A DNA stretch of 24,000 nucleotides from an uncultured Pseudomonadales bacterium (GTDB lineage: Bacteria; Patescibacteriota; Microgenomatia; UBA1400; PJMF01): the NCBI GenBank assembly GCA_964452285.1, contig CAYVKW010000006.1, forward strand, positions 7,960 through 31,959, written 5' to 3'. This document shows, piece after piece, positions 7,230 through 16,578 of this stretch (position 1 is the stretch's first letter; every line of letters begins with the position of its first letter). A program made the position numbers and the translations under genes. Below the pieces are notes generated by a model that saw nothing but the letters and a program-made list of their open reading frames with translations, made no database searches and was not told the DNA's origin.

Positions 7230-8327
7230 ATGGCACCAATTAAAACAAGTGCTAAGAAGAAAACAAAAATGAGAAAACATTATTTAGATAACATTCGGTG
7301 GCTGACAATAATTTTGGTTTTGATTTACCATGTTTTTTATCTTTTCAATAGCGTTGGTGTTTTGGGCGGAATGGGAGGTTTCGCGCCCAAGCAAAGTCAA
7401 GATGTTTTTCTTTATATAGTTTATCCTTGGTTTATGGTGTTATTTTTTGTGGTAGCAGGTATGAGTAGTCGTTATGCTTTAGCGACTCGCACCAACAAAC
7501 AATTTCTGAAAGAAAGAACGATGAAGTTATTAGTGCCGTCGACTTTAGGACTATTGGTTTATCAGTGGATTGGCGGATATTTCAATTTGCTGATTGGCGG
7601 TGCCTGGCAAACAATATCCGCTTTTTTGAAATATCCGCTTATGGTTCTAACTGGCACTGGGCCACTGTGGTTTATTCAAATGCTATGGTTATTTTCAATA
7701 ATGCTGATAATAATTAAAAGTGTAGATAAAAAAGATAAATTATATAATTGGGGTGGAAAATGTAATTTGTGGATTTTATTATTACTTTTTTTACCAGTTT
7801 GGGGCGCGGCACAAATTCTAAATGTGCCAGTAATTACAACTTATCGTTTTGGCATTTATTTATTCACTTTTTTAATCGGTTATTTTGTTTTTTCTCATGA
7901 TGAAGTAATGGAGAAACTTGAAAAAGTGTGGTTGCCGCTATTACTAGCAGCTGGTATTTTGGGCGTAATTTTTGTTGGATTTTTCTTTGGCAAAAATTAT
8001 ACTGAAGGAGAATGTTTGCAAAGTGTTCTCACTAATTTATATTTATGGATTACTATTTTGGCGGTACTTGGCGGTGGAAAAAAGTGGTTAAATCAAAATT
8101 CGGCTTTTACCCAATATATGACAAAAGCGAGCTTTGGAATTTATATCGTACATTATCCGATTACTTTGGCTATTTGTTATGGACTGAAAAATTATGTTTT
8201 ATGGCCAACGCCAATGATCTATGTGACAGCAATAGTGATGACGTTATTTTTGTCTGTGATGACAAATGAAGTTATTCGGCGGATACCGATAATAAATTTC
8301 TTAGTGCTGGGCGTCAAAAAAACTTAG
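7230..8327 (+). CDS. Acyltransferase family 3 (OpgC/OatA-like) integral membrane O-acyltransferase
   Basis: The N-terminus HYLDNIRWLTIILVLIYHVFY is typical of acyltransferase_3 and is followed by ~10 hydrophobic segments. ATG 7230 lies 4 nt after the restored ogt stop; ATG 7269 is an alternative start. The ORF track fuses this gene to ogt only because of the ogt frameshift. Confidence 0.8.
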   Translation: MAPIKTSAKKKTKMRKHYLDNIRWLTIILVLIYHVFYLFNSVGVLGGMGGFAPKQSQDVFLYIVYPWFMVLFFVVAGMSSRYALATRTNKQFLKERTMKLLVPSTLGLLVYQWIGGYFNLLIGGAWQTISAFLKYPLMVLTGTGPLWFIQMLWLFSIMLIIIKSVDKKDKLYNWGGKCNLWILLLLFLPVWGAAQILNVPVITTYRFGIYLFTFLIGYFVFSHDEVMEKLEKVWLPLLLAAGILGVIFVGFFFGKNYTEGECLQSVLTNLYLWITILAVLGGGKKWLNQNSAFTQYMTKASFGIYIVHYPITLAICYGLKNYVLWPTPMIYVTAIVMTLFLSVMTNEVIRRIPIINFLVLGVKKT

Positions 8328-8772
8328 CTGGCGATGATTCCGTTAATAGCGTTATTTGCTGGCAATCTTTTTCAATTAATGGTCGCATAGTATCTTTGTA
8401 TTTTGAGAGATTGAGGTTTTTTACTTTATGACTAATTTTTTGAGCAAGCTGAGGTTTGTAGAAAAGCAAAGTCGGCAGAGCGGATAAACATTGACGAACG
8501 ATAGTCGGTTTATCATCATCCAAAACGGCGAGCAAATTATCTATGATGGGTTCAATACGATTATTTTTATCCCAGCGAGATAATTTGCAGATTAATCTAA
8601 AGCCACGCATTTTGATAAAAGATTTTTCATTGACAAGCATCTTTTGAACGTCATCAAAATGCTGATAAAGAAAGTCTGATTGATCAATGCTCTTTTCGAT
8701 ATCTTGAAAAGCCTGCCAAACTGCAGCGATTTCTTTATCATAAAGTTGGTAAAAAATTTCTTCTTTAGTCAT
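8314..8772 (-). CDS. Conserved hypothetical protein, all-helical / HEAT-like repeat appearance
   Basis: 152-aa ORF with no competing frame, arranged in series with the two upstream minus-strand genes. The sequence (..RGFRLICKLSRWDKNN..DDDKPTIVRQCLSALP..YKDTMRPLIEKD) resembles a small Firmicutes-type family of unknown function that I cannot name with confidence. Confidence 0.55.
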   Translation of the reverse strand: MTKEEIFYQLYDKEIAAVWQAFQDIEKSIDQSDFLYQHFDDVQKMLVNEKSFIKMRGFRLICKLSRWDKNNRIEPIIDNLLAVLDDDKPTIVRQCLSALPTLLFYKPQLAQKISHKVKNLNLSKYKDTMRPLIEKDCQQITLLTESSPAKFF

Positions 8773-8794
8773 AAGTCAGATCTAAAGTTTTAGC

Positions 8795-9055
8795 TTATGA
8801 ATTATTTTTCCATCTTTTCAAAGTTGGGAAAACAGTCTGACAATGAGTTCTCATTTGCTCGGGCGTCATATTGGCTTGGGCGGCAAATTTGACATTCATG
8901 TCGATATATTCTTCCATACTAACGTCGTCAATAAATTTGCCGCCTTGATAACAATAACGGCAATAGTCTTCATTTTGACTACCGTCGGCATTAGTGCCAA
9001 GCTCTTCTTCTTTTGTTAGTGGCATACTACAACTTTGACAGATAGAATTTTTCAT
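8795..9055 (-). CDS. Putative zinc-ribbon domain protein (CxxC...CxxC)
   Basis: MKNSICQSCSMPL...EDYCRYCYQGGKF carries two Cys pairs. The size and layout are typical of the small 'putative zinc ribbon' family. Confidence 0.7.
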   Translation of the reverse strand: MKNSICQSCSMPLTKEEELGTNADGSQNEDYCRYCYQGGKFIDDVSMEEYIDMNVKFAAQANMTPEQMRTHCQTVFPTLKRWKNNS

Positions 9056-9132
9056 CTCCGACCTTTCTGTATTTTTTAAATGTTATTAAGTATAACCGAT
9101 AATGAAAAAATGAAATAAAGGCAAAAAATTTT

Positions 9133-9564
9133 TTACAAAATAGTCAGAAAGGTACCGCCGACGATAAGTAAAACACCGATAATATTTTGCCAGGAAACTT
9201 TTTCATGTAGTAAAAAAACTGATAAAATCATAGCGATAACCAAGCTCAATTTATCTAGAGCAAGAACTTTGGTGACGCCGTCAGTGAGTTGCAGAGCGCG
9301 ATAAAAAAGTAGCCAGGAAGCGCCGGTGGCGAAACCGGAAAGAATGAGAAAGATCCAGTTACGCGGAGTCAAAGTAAGAGTCTGATTTTGCAAACCAAGA
9401 ACAAGCACGATGATCCAGGATAAAAATAAAACGACAGTCGTTCTGATGGCGGTGGCAAGATTGGAATTGACGCCGGCAATACCAATCTTGGCGAGAATAG
9501 AGGTGAGCGCGGCCATGACGGCAGAACCGAGAGCGTAAAATAGCCATAAAGGAATTTTGGTCAT
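9133..9564 (-). CDS. Single-EamA-domain DMT-superfamily small membrane transporter
   Basis: 143 aa with ~5 TM segments. The N-terminus LWLFYALGSAVMAALTSILAKIGIAGVNSNLATAIRT is characteristic of EamA repeats. Confidence 0.75.
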   Translation of the reverse strand: MTKIPLWLFYALGSAVMAALTSILAKIGIAGVNSNLATAIRTTVVLFLSWIIVLVLGLQNQTLTLTPRNWIFLILSGFATGASWLLFYRALQLTDGVTKVLALDKLSLVIAMILSVFLLHEKVSWQNIIGVLLIVGGTFLTIL

Positions 9565-9743
9565 AATGAAAATTATAAGCGGTAATTTGAAAAAAGAAGC
9601 GTTAAATTGAGCTGAAAAATTAGCGGAGAAAAATAAACAATAGATAAGAGAAATTACTACAATCAGTTTTTATTTTTCGGTTATAATAGAAACATGATCG
9701 GTGAGATCCAAAGTTGAAATATAATAATAGAAAGTAAAAAAAG

Positions 9744-11039
9744 ATGAAAGTAGCTTTAATTGGAACTGGTTTTGTAGGAGTAACAGCGGCGGTGGTTTAT
9801 GCTTCTTTTGGCAATCAAGTCATTGGCTTAGATATTGATGAAAAGAAAATCGATAAATTGAACAAAGGGAAAGTGCCTTTTTACGAGCCGAAGTTAACCG
9901 AGCTACTAGAATCTGGTCTAGAAAGTAAAAAATTAAAGTTTACCACTTCTTATAAAGAAGCAATTGAAGACGCAGACGTAGTGATTGTGGCAGTGGGAAC
10001 GCCATCGGCGGCGGATGGCGCCATCGACCTCAGTTATATTGCTAAAAGCGTGGCGCAGGCTGCGCCTTTTCTCAAAGATGGCGCTGTCTTAGCTATTAAG
10101 TCAACCGTTTTGCCAGGAACATTGGCACAAGTGAAAAAGATTGTCAATAATCTCACAGATAAAAAAGTTTATTTTGCGGCTTTACCAGAGTTTTTGAAAG
10201 AAGGAACAGCGGTGGACGACACTTTATATCCAGACCGGATTGTAATTGGAACGGAGCACAAAGCCGCTTTCAAAATTTTGGAAGAGCTGCATGCGCCGTT
10301 TAAAGCGCCAATCTTATCAGTGAAACCGGAGTCGGCGCAACTAGCAAAATATGCGAGTAACAATTATCTAGCACTAAGAATTGTTTATGCCAATGTGTTG
10401 GCAGAAATTTGTGAAAATAGTGAAGCCGATATCAAAGAAGTGATTGAAGCAATGGGTTACGAAAAAAGAATTGGCAATCATTATTGGTATCCAGGTTTGG
10501 GCTACGGCGGTTCTTGTTTCCCTAAAGACGTGAAAGCTTTGGCACATTTTTGCCAAGATAATCAGCTGCAAAGCAATCTCTTTGCCGTAATTAATGAACT
10601 TAATAATAAGAGACCAAAACAGGTTTTGGATAAAATTGGCGAAGTAATTAATGGTTTTCAAGATAAAAAAGTGGCGGTCTTAGGTTTGTCTTTCAAACCA
10701 AATACAGATGATCAAAGAGAGGCGCCAGCTCTGACAGTGATTCCGACATTATTGGCGGCAGGCGCAAAAGTGGTAGCTTATGATCCAATGGTGAAACAGA
10801 TTGCCAATGACGAGCTGGCGCGAAATAAAAACTATAAACAAGTAGAAACAATCGCAGTGGCGGTCAAAGAAGCAGATTTAATTATCCCATTAATTGAATG
10901 GTCGCAAATTGTGGGCTTTGATTTTGCGACTACCAAAGAGAAGAAAGAACAATATTTCTTTGATGCACGGGGACAATTTGAAATGGATAAAATGCAAGAT
11001 TTGGGTTATATTTATTTAGGAATTGGACAGAAATTTTGA
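9744..11039 (+). CDS. ugd: UDP-glucose 6-dehydrogenase
   Basis: N-terminal Rossmann motif IGTGFVG. Catalytic-cysteine signature GYGGSCFPKDV. C-terminal UDP-binding block LGLSFKPNTDDQREAP. Confidence 0.9.
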   Translation: MKVALIGTGFVGVTAAVVYASFGNQVIGLDIDEKKIDKLNKGKVPFYEPKLTELLESGLESKKLKFTTSYKEAIEDADVVIVAVGTPSAADGAIDLSYIAKSVAQAAPFLKDGAVLAIKSTVLPGTLAQVKKIVNNLTDKKVYFAALPEFLKEGTAVDDTLYPDRIVIGTEHKAAFKILEELHAPFKAPILSVKPESAQLAKYASNNYLALRIVYANVLAEICENSEADIKEVIEAMGYEKRIGNHYWYPGLGYGGSCFPKDVKALAHFCQDNQLQSNLFAVINELNNKRPKQVLDKIGEVINGFQDKKVAVLGLSFKPNTDDQREAPALTVIPTLLAAGAKVVAYDPMVKQIANDELARNKNYKQVETIAVAVKEADLIIPLIEWSQIVGFDFATTKEKKEQYFFDARGQFEMDKMQDLGYIYLGIGQKF

Positions 11040-11053
11040 ATAAATTTCTGTCC
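11025..11053 (+). terminator. Perfect 12-bp stem / 5-nt loop hairpin enclosing the ugd stop codon; no U-tract
   Basis: GGACAGAAATTT (11025-11036), loop tgaat (contains TGA 11037-11039), AAATTTCTGTCC (11042-11053). The hairpin is followed by gcaaaaataaagg. Confidence 0.4.
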
Positions 11054-11073
11054 GCAAAAATAAAGGTGAGAAA

Positions 11074-12009
11074 ATGACAAAAAAAGTTTTAATCACTGGC
11101 GGAACGGGTTTCGTTGGCGGTCATTTATTGAGATATTTGCAAAAAATGGCGCCGAATGAAGAATATCATTTAACAAGTTTGCATGCACATAAAGTAGCTG
11201 GAGCATTTGTACATGAAATCGATCTCACGAGTAAAGAGGAAGTAGAAAAATTAATCGCGGAAATCAAGCCGAATGAGATTTATCATTTAGCGGCGATCGC
11301 GAGTGTGCCAGCAAGTTTCCAAGACCCAGAAGGAGTAATTAAAAACAATTTTCAATTAACGCTGAATGTATTGGAAGCGATGCGGCTGCTAGTGCCAAAA
11401 AGTAAAATGCTGATGGTAAGTAGTGCTGATATTTATCAAGTGGAAAACAATGGACGGAAAATTAATGAAGAAACTTTGGTGGCGCCAGCTAATCCTTATT
11501 CAGCGAGTAAAGCGGCGCAAGATTTATTAGCTGGCGCCTATGCAAAAAGCTTTGGCTTAAATATCGTCAGAGTTAGACCTTTTAATCATATTGGAGTGGG
11601 TCAAGGTTTAGGTTTCGTGGTGCCTGATTTTGTTTCACAGATCGCAAAGGTGGAAAAAGAAAAAGATGCCAAAATTAGAATTGGCAACCTAGAGGCGGAG
11701 CGTGATTTTACAGCAGTAGATGATATTGTGGCTGGCTACGCTCTACTAATGAAAAAAGGAGGGGGCGGTGAGATTTATAATTTGGGACAAGGTGAAACGA
11801 TCACGATTCGAGAATTACTAGATCGGCTGCTCAAGCAAGCAAAACGACCGATTGAAATAGAAGTGGATCCGACACGTTTGCGACCAAGTGAAAGACCGTA
11901 TATTTGCGCAGATGTGAGCAAGGCACAAGCTTTGGGCTGGCAAGCAAAAATCCCTCTTGAGACAACTTTGGCAGAAATCATGGACGATTGGCGAGAGAAG
12001 ATGATATAA
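11074..12009 (+). CDS. rmd: Extended SDR NAD(P)-dependent sugar-nucleotide reductase, GDP-4-keto-6-deoxy-D-mannose reductase (Rmd)-like
   Basis: TGGTGFVGGHL and YSASK (YxxxK). The Gmd/Rmd-type block RPFNHIGVGQ is present. The gene lies directly upstream of gmd. The specific Rmd assignment, as opposed to another 4-reductase or epimerase, is inferred. Confidence 0.65.
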   Translation: MTKKVLITGGTGFVGGHLLRYLQKMAPNEEYHLTSLHAHKVAGAFVHEIDLTSKEEVEKLIAEIKPNEIYHLAAIASVPASFQDPEGVIKNNFQLTLNVLEAMRLLVPKSKMLMVSSADIYQVENNGRKINEETLVAPANPYSASKAAQDLLAGAYAKSFGLNIVRVRPFNHIGVGQGLGFVVPDFVSQIAKVEKEKDAKIRIGNLEAERDFTAVDDIVAGYALLMKKGGGGEIYNLGQGETITIRELLDRLLKQAKRPIEIEVDPTRLRPSERPYICADVSKAQALGWQAKIPLETTLAEIMDDWREKMI

Positions 12010-12053
12010 TAGAGACTTAAAATGTAAGTTAGACAGAGACAGAAAGTATTTTT

Positions 12054-13046
12054 ATGGCAAAAAAAGCTTTAATTACCGGAGTAACAGGTCAAGACGGTTC
12101 TTACTTGGCAGATTTTCTTTTGGAAAAAGGTTATGAAGTGTATGGTTTAATTCGTCGCACTTCCACGCCAATTTTCGAGAGAATCGAAAATTTGCTCGAC
12201 AATGAACATTTTCATCTAGTATCAGGAGACCTAGCTGATAGCGGCTCGCTAATGCAATTGATGAAAGAAATAGAGCCAGACGAAATTTACAATTTAGCCG
12301 CTCAGTCTTTTGTGAAAGCGAGTTGGGATCAACCGATTCTAACTGGTGAATACACGGCTCTGGGAGTGACGAGAATACTAGAAGCAATGCGACTGTTTGC
12401 GCCAAAAGCCAGGTTTTATCAAGCATCGTCATCAGAGATGTTTGGGAAAGTTTTAGAAGTGCCTCAATCGGAAAAAACACCTTTCTATCCGCGTTCTCCT
12501 TATGGAGTAGCAAAAGCTTATGGGCACTTTATTACGGTGAACTATCGCGAATCTTATAATTTATTCGCTTGTTCTGGTATTCTTTTTAATCACGAATCGC
12601 CACGAAGAGGTCTAGAGTTTGTAACTCGGAAAATTGCGCACCAAGTAGCAGAATTAAAATTGGGTTTAAGAGATAAAGTGGAGTTAGGTAATTTGGACGC
12701 GAAAAGAGATTGGGGTTATGCCAAAGATTACGTGCGAGCGATGTGGTTAATGTTGCAGCAAGAAACTCCAGATGATTATGTGGTCGCCACAGGCGAAACA
12801 CACAGTGTGGGCGAATTCTTACAAAAAGCTTTGGCGCATATTGGAGTTAATGATTGGGAGGCACATTTCAAACATAATCGGGCTTATGATCGGCCAGCAG
12901 AAGTTGATTTATTGATTGGTAATGCAGAAAAAGCCAAGACTGTTTTAAAGTGGCAGCCAAGCATTACTTTTGATGAATTAGTGGCATTAATGGTGGATTC
13001 AGAAATAGCGCTTTTGGAAGGTAAGGCAAAAATTTACGATTTCTAA
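12054..13046 (+). CDS. gmd: GDP-mannose 4,6-dehydratase
   Basis: Near-colinear with E. coli Gmd as remembered: [71 protein letters not shown]. Confidence 0.93.
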   Translation: MAKKALITGVTGQDGSYLADFLLEKGYEVYGLIRRTSTPIFERIENLLDNEHFHLVSGDLADSGSLMQLMKEIEPDEIYNLAAQSFVKASWDQPILTGEYTALGVTRILEAMRLFAPKARFYQASSSEMFGKVLEVPQSEKTPFYPRSPYGVAKAYGHFITVNYRESYNLFACSGILFNHESPRRGLEFVTRKIAHQVAELKLGLRDKVELGNLDAKRDWGYAKDYVRAMWLMLQQETPDDYVVATGETHSVGEFLQKALAHIGVNDWEAHFKHNRAYDRPAEVDLLIGNAEKAKTVLKWQPSITFDELVALMVDSEIALLEGKAKIYDF

Positions 13047-13047
13047 A

Positions 13048-14232
13048 ATGAAAAAAGCTGTCATTATTATTCCAACTTATAATGAGAAAGAGAATGTAGC
13101 GAAAATCGTGCCGCAAATTTTTGCCGCGGTTAAAAACATTAAAAATTATCAAGTGGAAATTTTAATTGTTGATGATACTTCGCCTGATAAAACTTATATG
13201 GTGGTAAAAAAAATGCAGGTAGACTGGCCACATTTACATTTACTGGTCAATCCGGAAAAAGCAGGTTTAGGTGGAGCTTATCTTAAAGGCATGAAAGAGG
13301 CCTTCGGCAAACTGAAGGCAGACTATGTCTTTGAATTTGACGCTGACGGTTCACATGATCCAAAAAAATTACCAGAATTTTTTGCAAAATTGGATGAAGG
13401 CTATGATTTTGTAATTGGCGGCCGTTATCGTCATGGTGGCTCAGTCGATCCTGACTGGCCGCTGCTGAGAAAATTTTATAGCATTGTTGGCAACTTTGTG
13501 ATTATGGTGGTTTTAACCGATTTCCGGATTGGTGACTGGACCAGCGGCTACAGAGCGATTAGTAAAAAGGTCTATCAAGCAGTGATCGGAGAAATGACAG
13601 GTGAAAGATTTAGTGGTTACACTTGGCAAATTGGTTTTTTGCACAAAGCCGTGAGGAAAAACTTTCGTTTTACAGAAGTACCGATTCATTTCCAAGATCG
13701 AAAAATTGGAGAATCAAAATTAGGTGCAGAATATATAAAAAATACTTTGCTTTATATTTTTAAAGCTAGATTTGATGAGATCGTCAATCACAGAATTTTT
13801 AAGTTTGCAGTCACGGGTGCAATTGGAACATTAGTACAATTGCTTAGTTATGGATTGATGCAAACAACAATTTTGCCGCCAAATAATTTATGGCAAATTC
13901 AAACAGCTAATTTTATTTCCATTGAATTGGCAATTATTTCTAATTTTACTATTAATGGTTTTTGGACTTTTTCAGATCGCAAACTAAAAAGTAAAGAAGT
14001 GCTGCCAAAATTTTTACAATTTAATTTAGCTTCGGCTGGGTCAGTGACGGTGCAGATGTTGCTAATGTGGGCGCTAGTGCGTTTGTTTGGCAGTGAAGTT
14101 TTATTTAAGCTGTTTGGAATTTTTGATGTGGGCAAACAAACGCTTTATCAACTGCTCGGAATTATTTTAGCAATGTGTTTCAATTACTTTTTTTATAACC
14201 GTTTTATTTGGAAAAATCAAAAGACAAAATAG
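13048..14232 (+). CDS. GT2 polyprenyl-phosphate mannose/hexose synthase (Dpm1/Ppm1-like) fused to a C-terminal GtrA-like 4-TM domain
   Basis: IIIPTYNEKENV, VDDTSPD and FDADGSHDP are GT2 DxD-type motifs. The C-terminal ~130 aa (FKFAVTGAIGTLVQLLSY...NYFFYNRFIW) are GtrA-like. The ATG lies 1 nt after the gmd stop. Confidence 0.85.
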   Translation: MKKAVIIIPTYNEKENVAKIVPQIFAAVKNIKNYQVEILIVDDTSPDKTYMVVKKMQVDWPHLHLLVNPEKAGLGGAYLKGMKEAFGKLKADYVFEFDADGSHDPKKLPEFFAKLDEGYDFVIGGRYRHGGSVDPDWPLLRKFYSIVGNFVIMVVLTDFRIGDWTSGYRAISKKVYQAVIGEMTGERFSGYTWQIGFLHKAVRKNFRFTEVPIHFQDRKIGESKLGAEYIKNTLLYIFKARFDEIVNHRIFKFAVTGAIGTLVQLLSYGLMQTTILPPNNLWQIQTANFISIELAIISNFTINGFWTFSDRKLKSKEVLPKFLQFNLASAGSVTVQMLLMWALVRLFGSEVLFKLFGIFDVGKQTLYQLLGIILAMCFNYFFYNRFIWKNQKTK

Positions 14233-14240
14233 AAACAACG

Positions 14241-15824
14241 ATGACAAAACTTAAAAGTTTTTTTGCCACCATAAAAAAAGAATTTTGGCGCCAGCCAGTG
14301 TTGTATGCTTTTTTGGGAGTATTGATAGCAGCTGGCGCTTGGTTAAGATTGTACAAAATCAGTGACACGCTCATGTTTCAAGGCGATCAGGGACGCGATG
14401 CGATTGTAGTAGCAAGAATGTTTAGAGAATGGGATCCGGCTTTCATCGGTCCAGTGACGAGCATCGGTAATATGTATTTGGGGCCATTCTATTATTACTT
14501 TATGCTGCCATGGCTATGGATTTCTTATCCAAATCCAGTAGGACCAGCAATTGGAGTAGCTTTAGCGAATGTGGTGGCAATTATTTTAACTTATGTTTTA
14601 GGCAAAAAAATGGTGGGAGAACGAGCGGCCTTATGGGCAAGTGTTTTATTTACTTTCTCGCAAGTAGCAATTTTTTATGGTCGTTTTTCTTGGAATCCGA
14701 ACTTAAGCGCTTTAGTGAGTTTACTAACCATTTTTTTTATTCATCAAGCTTTGACGGAAAAAACAAAAAATTGGTTGTGGGTGGGCTTATGTGCTGGGAT
14801 ATTAATTCAACTGCATTATGTTAATTTGGTAGTGGTGGCAGTGGCGGGAATTTTTTGGTTATGGCAATGGTGGAAAAAGGGGCGAGAAAAAAAATGGCGG
14901 CAAAAAAACCATTTTTGGCAAATGAGCGTGGGAGCGGTGGTAATTTTTTTTCTTACTACTACTCCGTTAGTACTTTTTGATTGGAAGTATGACTGGCGCA
15001 ATATAGAGGCAGGAGTGGGAATTTTTACTAAAGAAGAAAGCTTTACCAGCAATCAAGAAGTGGAGACAGCGCAAAGCGCCCGCGCTTTGCGCCAACAATT
15101 AAAAAACAGAACTAGACAAGTTTTGGGTGACTTAGCAATGCCAGAAGTACCAAAGAACGAGGCCTTTTTTGTGTTTACTTTTTTGGTCCTAATCACTTTT
15201 TTGTATCTCACTTACAAAAAGAGAGAGACAAAAGAAGCGCTTGGCTATGTAATTCTAGCCGTCAGTGTCGTGATGACAATTGTAATTACGGGTTTATATC
15301 GTCATAATTTTTACGATCACTATCTACTATTTATATTGCCAGTGATATTTTTGATTTATGGTTGTTTACTAAGCCAATTACGATGCTTAAAACAAAAATG
15401 GCTGAAATGGGCAATCACAATTTTGCTGATGATTTTTTATCTGACTGCCAATTACAGAAGTGGTTTTTACGTGGGTAATAATATGCCAGCAAAAATCAAT
15501 GAAATTACAGATTTTATTATTACCCAATTACCAAAGCAAACACCCTTTGCCTTTTCTTTTGTCAATGACAATAAAGATTCCTTAGGTGAACATTACCGTT
15601 ATTTCTTGGAAACTAAAACCGATCAATTAGTTGATTTGAGCGAGATTGCGAAAGCAGAAGTGATGTTTATTGTGGATGAAACTAATCAGGCAAATATCTA
15701 TGACTTATCTAGTTTTGATGTGGTAGTCTTTCGTGATGACGCGACAGTAAGCGCTATCCCTTATAATGATGTGACAATTTATAAATTGGAAAAGAAGACA
15801 GAACAGGCGGCCAATGATGAATAA
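14241..15824 (+). CDS. GT-C fold membrane glycosyltransferase (GT39/ArnT/PMT_2-like)
   Basis: Polytopic N-terminal half with a first-loop acidic motif FQGDQGRDAIVVARM, followed by a soluble C-terminal domain. I place the start at ATG 14241. The ORF-track start at 14208 is a TTG that overlaps the upstream gene. Confidence 0.75.
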   Translation: MTKLKSFFATIKKEFWRQPVLYAFLGVLIAAGAWLRLYKISDTLMFQGDQGRDAIVVARMFREWDPAFIGPVTSIGNMYLGPFYYYFMLPWLWISYPNPVGPAIGVALANVVAIILTYVLGKKMVGERAALWASVLFTFSQVAIFYGRFSWNPNLSALVSLLTIFFIHQALTEKTKNWLWVGLCAGILIQLHYVNLVVVAVAGIFWLWQWWKKGREKKWRQKNHFWQMSVGAVVIFFLTTTPLVLFDWKYDWRNIEAGVGIFTKEESFTSNQEVETAQSARALRQQLKNRTRQVLGDLAMPEVPKNEAFFVFTFLVLITFLYLTYKKRETKEALGYVILAVSVVMTIVITGLYRHNFYDHYLLFILPVIFLIYGCLLSQLRCLKQKWLKWAITILLMIFYLTANYRSGFYVGNNMPAKINEITDFIITQLPKQTPFAFSFVNDNKDSLGEHYRYFLETKTDQLVDLSEIAKAEVMFIVDETNQANIYDLSSFDVVVFRDDATVSAIPYNDVTIYKLEKKTEQAANDE

Positions 15825-16578
15825 AAATGAAGTTTTTTTGTCAGTGATAATTCCTTCTTATAATGAAAAGAAAAATTTTGGACGTGGAGTTTTAGATAAG
15901 GTGGATGATTATTTAAAAAAGCAAAAATATAATTATGAAGTAATTTTGTCTGACGATGGGAGCACGGATGGAACACTAGAAATATTAGAAAAATTTGCCC
16001 AAAAACATGAAAATTTCAAAGTTTTAGCCAATCAGCATGCAGGCAAAGGACCGACGGTGACAGCGGGAATGATGGCGGCGCGCGGACATTGGAGACTATT
16101 CACTGATTTTGATCAATCGACACCATTGAGTGAAGTGGAAAAATTGTTCCCGTCAGTAATTGATCATCAAATTGTGATTGGTTCGCGCGCTGCTGCTGGA
16201 GCAAAAAGAGAGAAAGAGCCGTGGTACCGGCATGTAATGGGTTTTGGATTTAATATATTGACTCGAATGATTGTTTTGCCAGGCATCTTGGATAGTCAAT
16301 GCGGTTTCAAACTTTTTAGTGATAAAGCCACAAAAAAAATCTTCCCTAAACTCAGAGTTTACGGAAGAAAAAATCAAGCTCGAGATGCTTTCACTGGTGC
16401 TTTTGATGTGGAGTTACTATTTCTCGCACGCAAAAATAAACTAGCAGTGGCAGAAATTCCAGTTTTGTGGCAGCACGCAGAATCGGATCGCGTGTCGCCG
16501 ATAAAAGATTCTGTGCGCATGCTGCGTGACATTATTAAAATCAGATTGGCAAGCTGGCGCGGTCAATATGAAAAATAA
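15814..16578 (+). CDS. GT2 polyprenyl-phosphate glycosyltransferase (ArnC / dolichyl-phosphate glucosyltransferase-like)
   Basis: LSVIIPSYNEKKN, LSDDGSTDGT and FTDFDQS are GT2-A motifs. The protein is soluble or monotopic, 254 aa. Its start overlaps the upstream stop by 11 nt. Confidence 0.8.
   Translation: MMNKNEVFLSVIIPSYNEKKNFGRGVLDKVDDYLKKQKYNYEVILSDDGSTDGTLEILEKFAQKHENFKVLANQHAGKGPTVTAGMMAARGHWRLFTDFDQSTPLSEVEKLFPSVIDHQIVIGSRAAAGAKREKEPWYRHVMGFGFNILTRMIVLPGILDSQCGFKLFSDKATKKIFPKLRVYGRKNQARDAFTGAFDVELLFLARKNKLAVAEIPVLWQHAESDRVSPIKDSVRMLRDIIKIRLASWRGQYEK

Noticed and set aside
6690-8327. 545-aa ORF taken at face value as an Ogt-acyltransferase fusion protein
   Set aside because: The canonical Ogt C-terminus plus a stop codon is present in the +2 frame, 4 nt before a good ATG for the acyltransferase. 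The continuous ORF is the product of a single-A discrepancy at 7169-7173.
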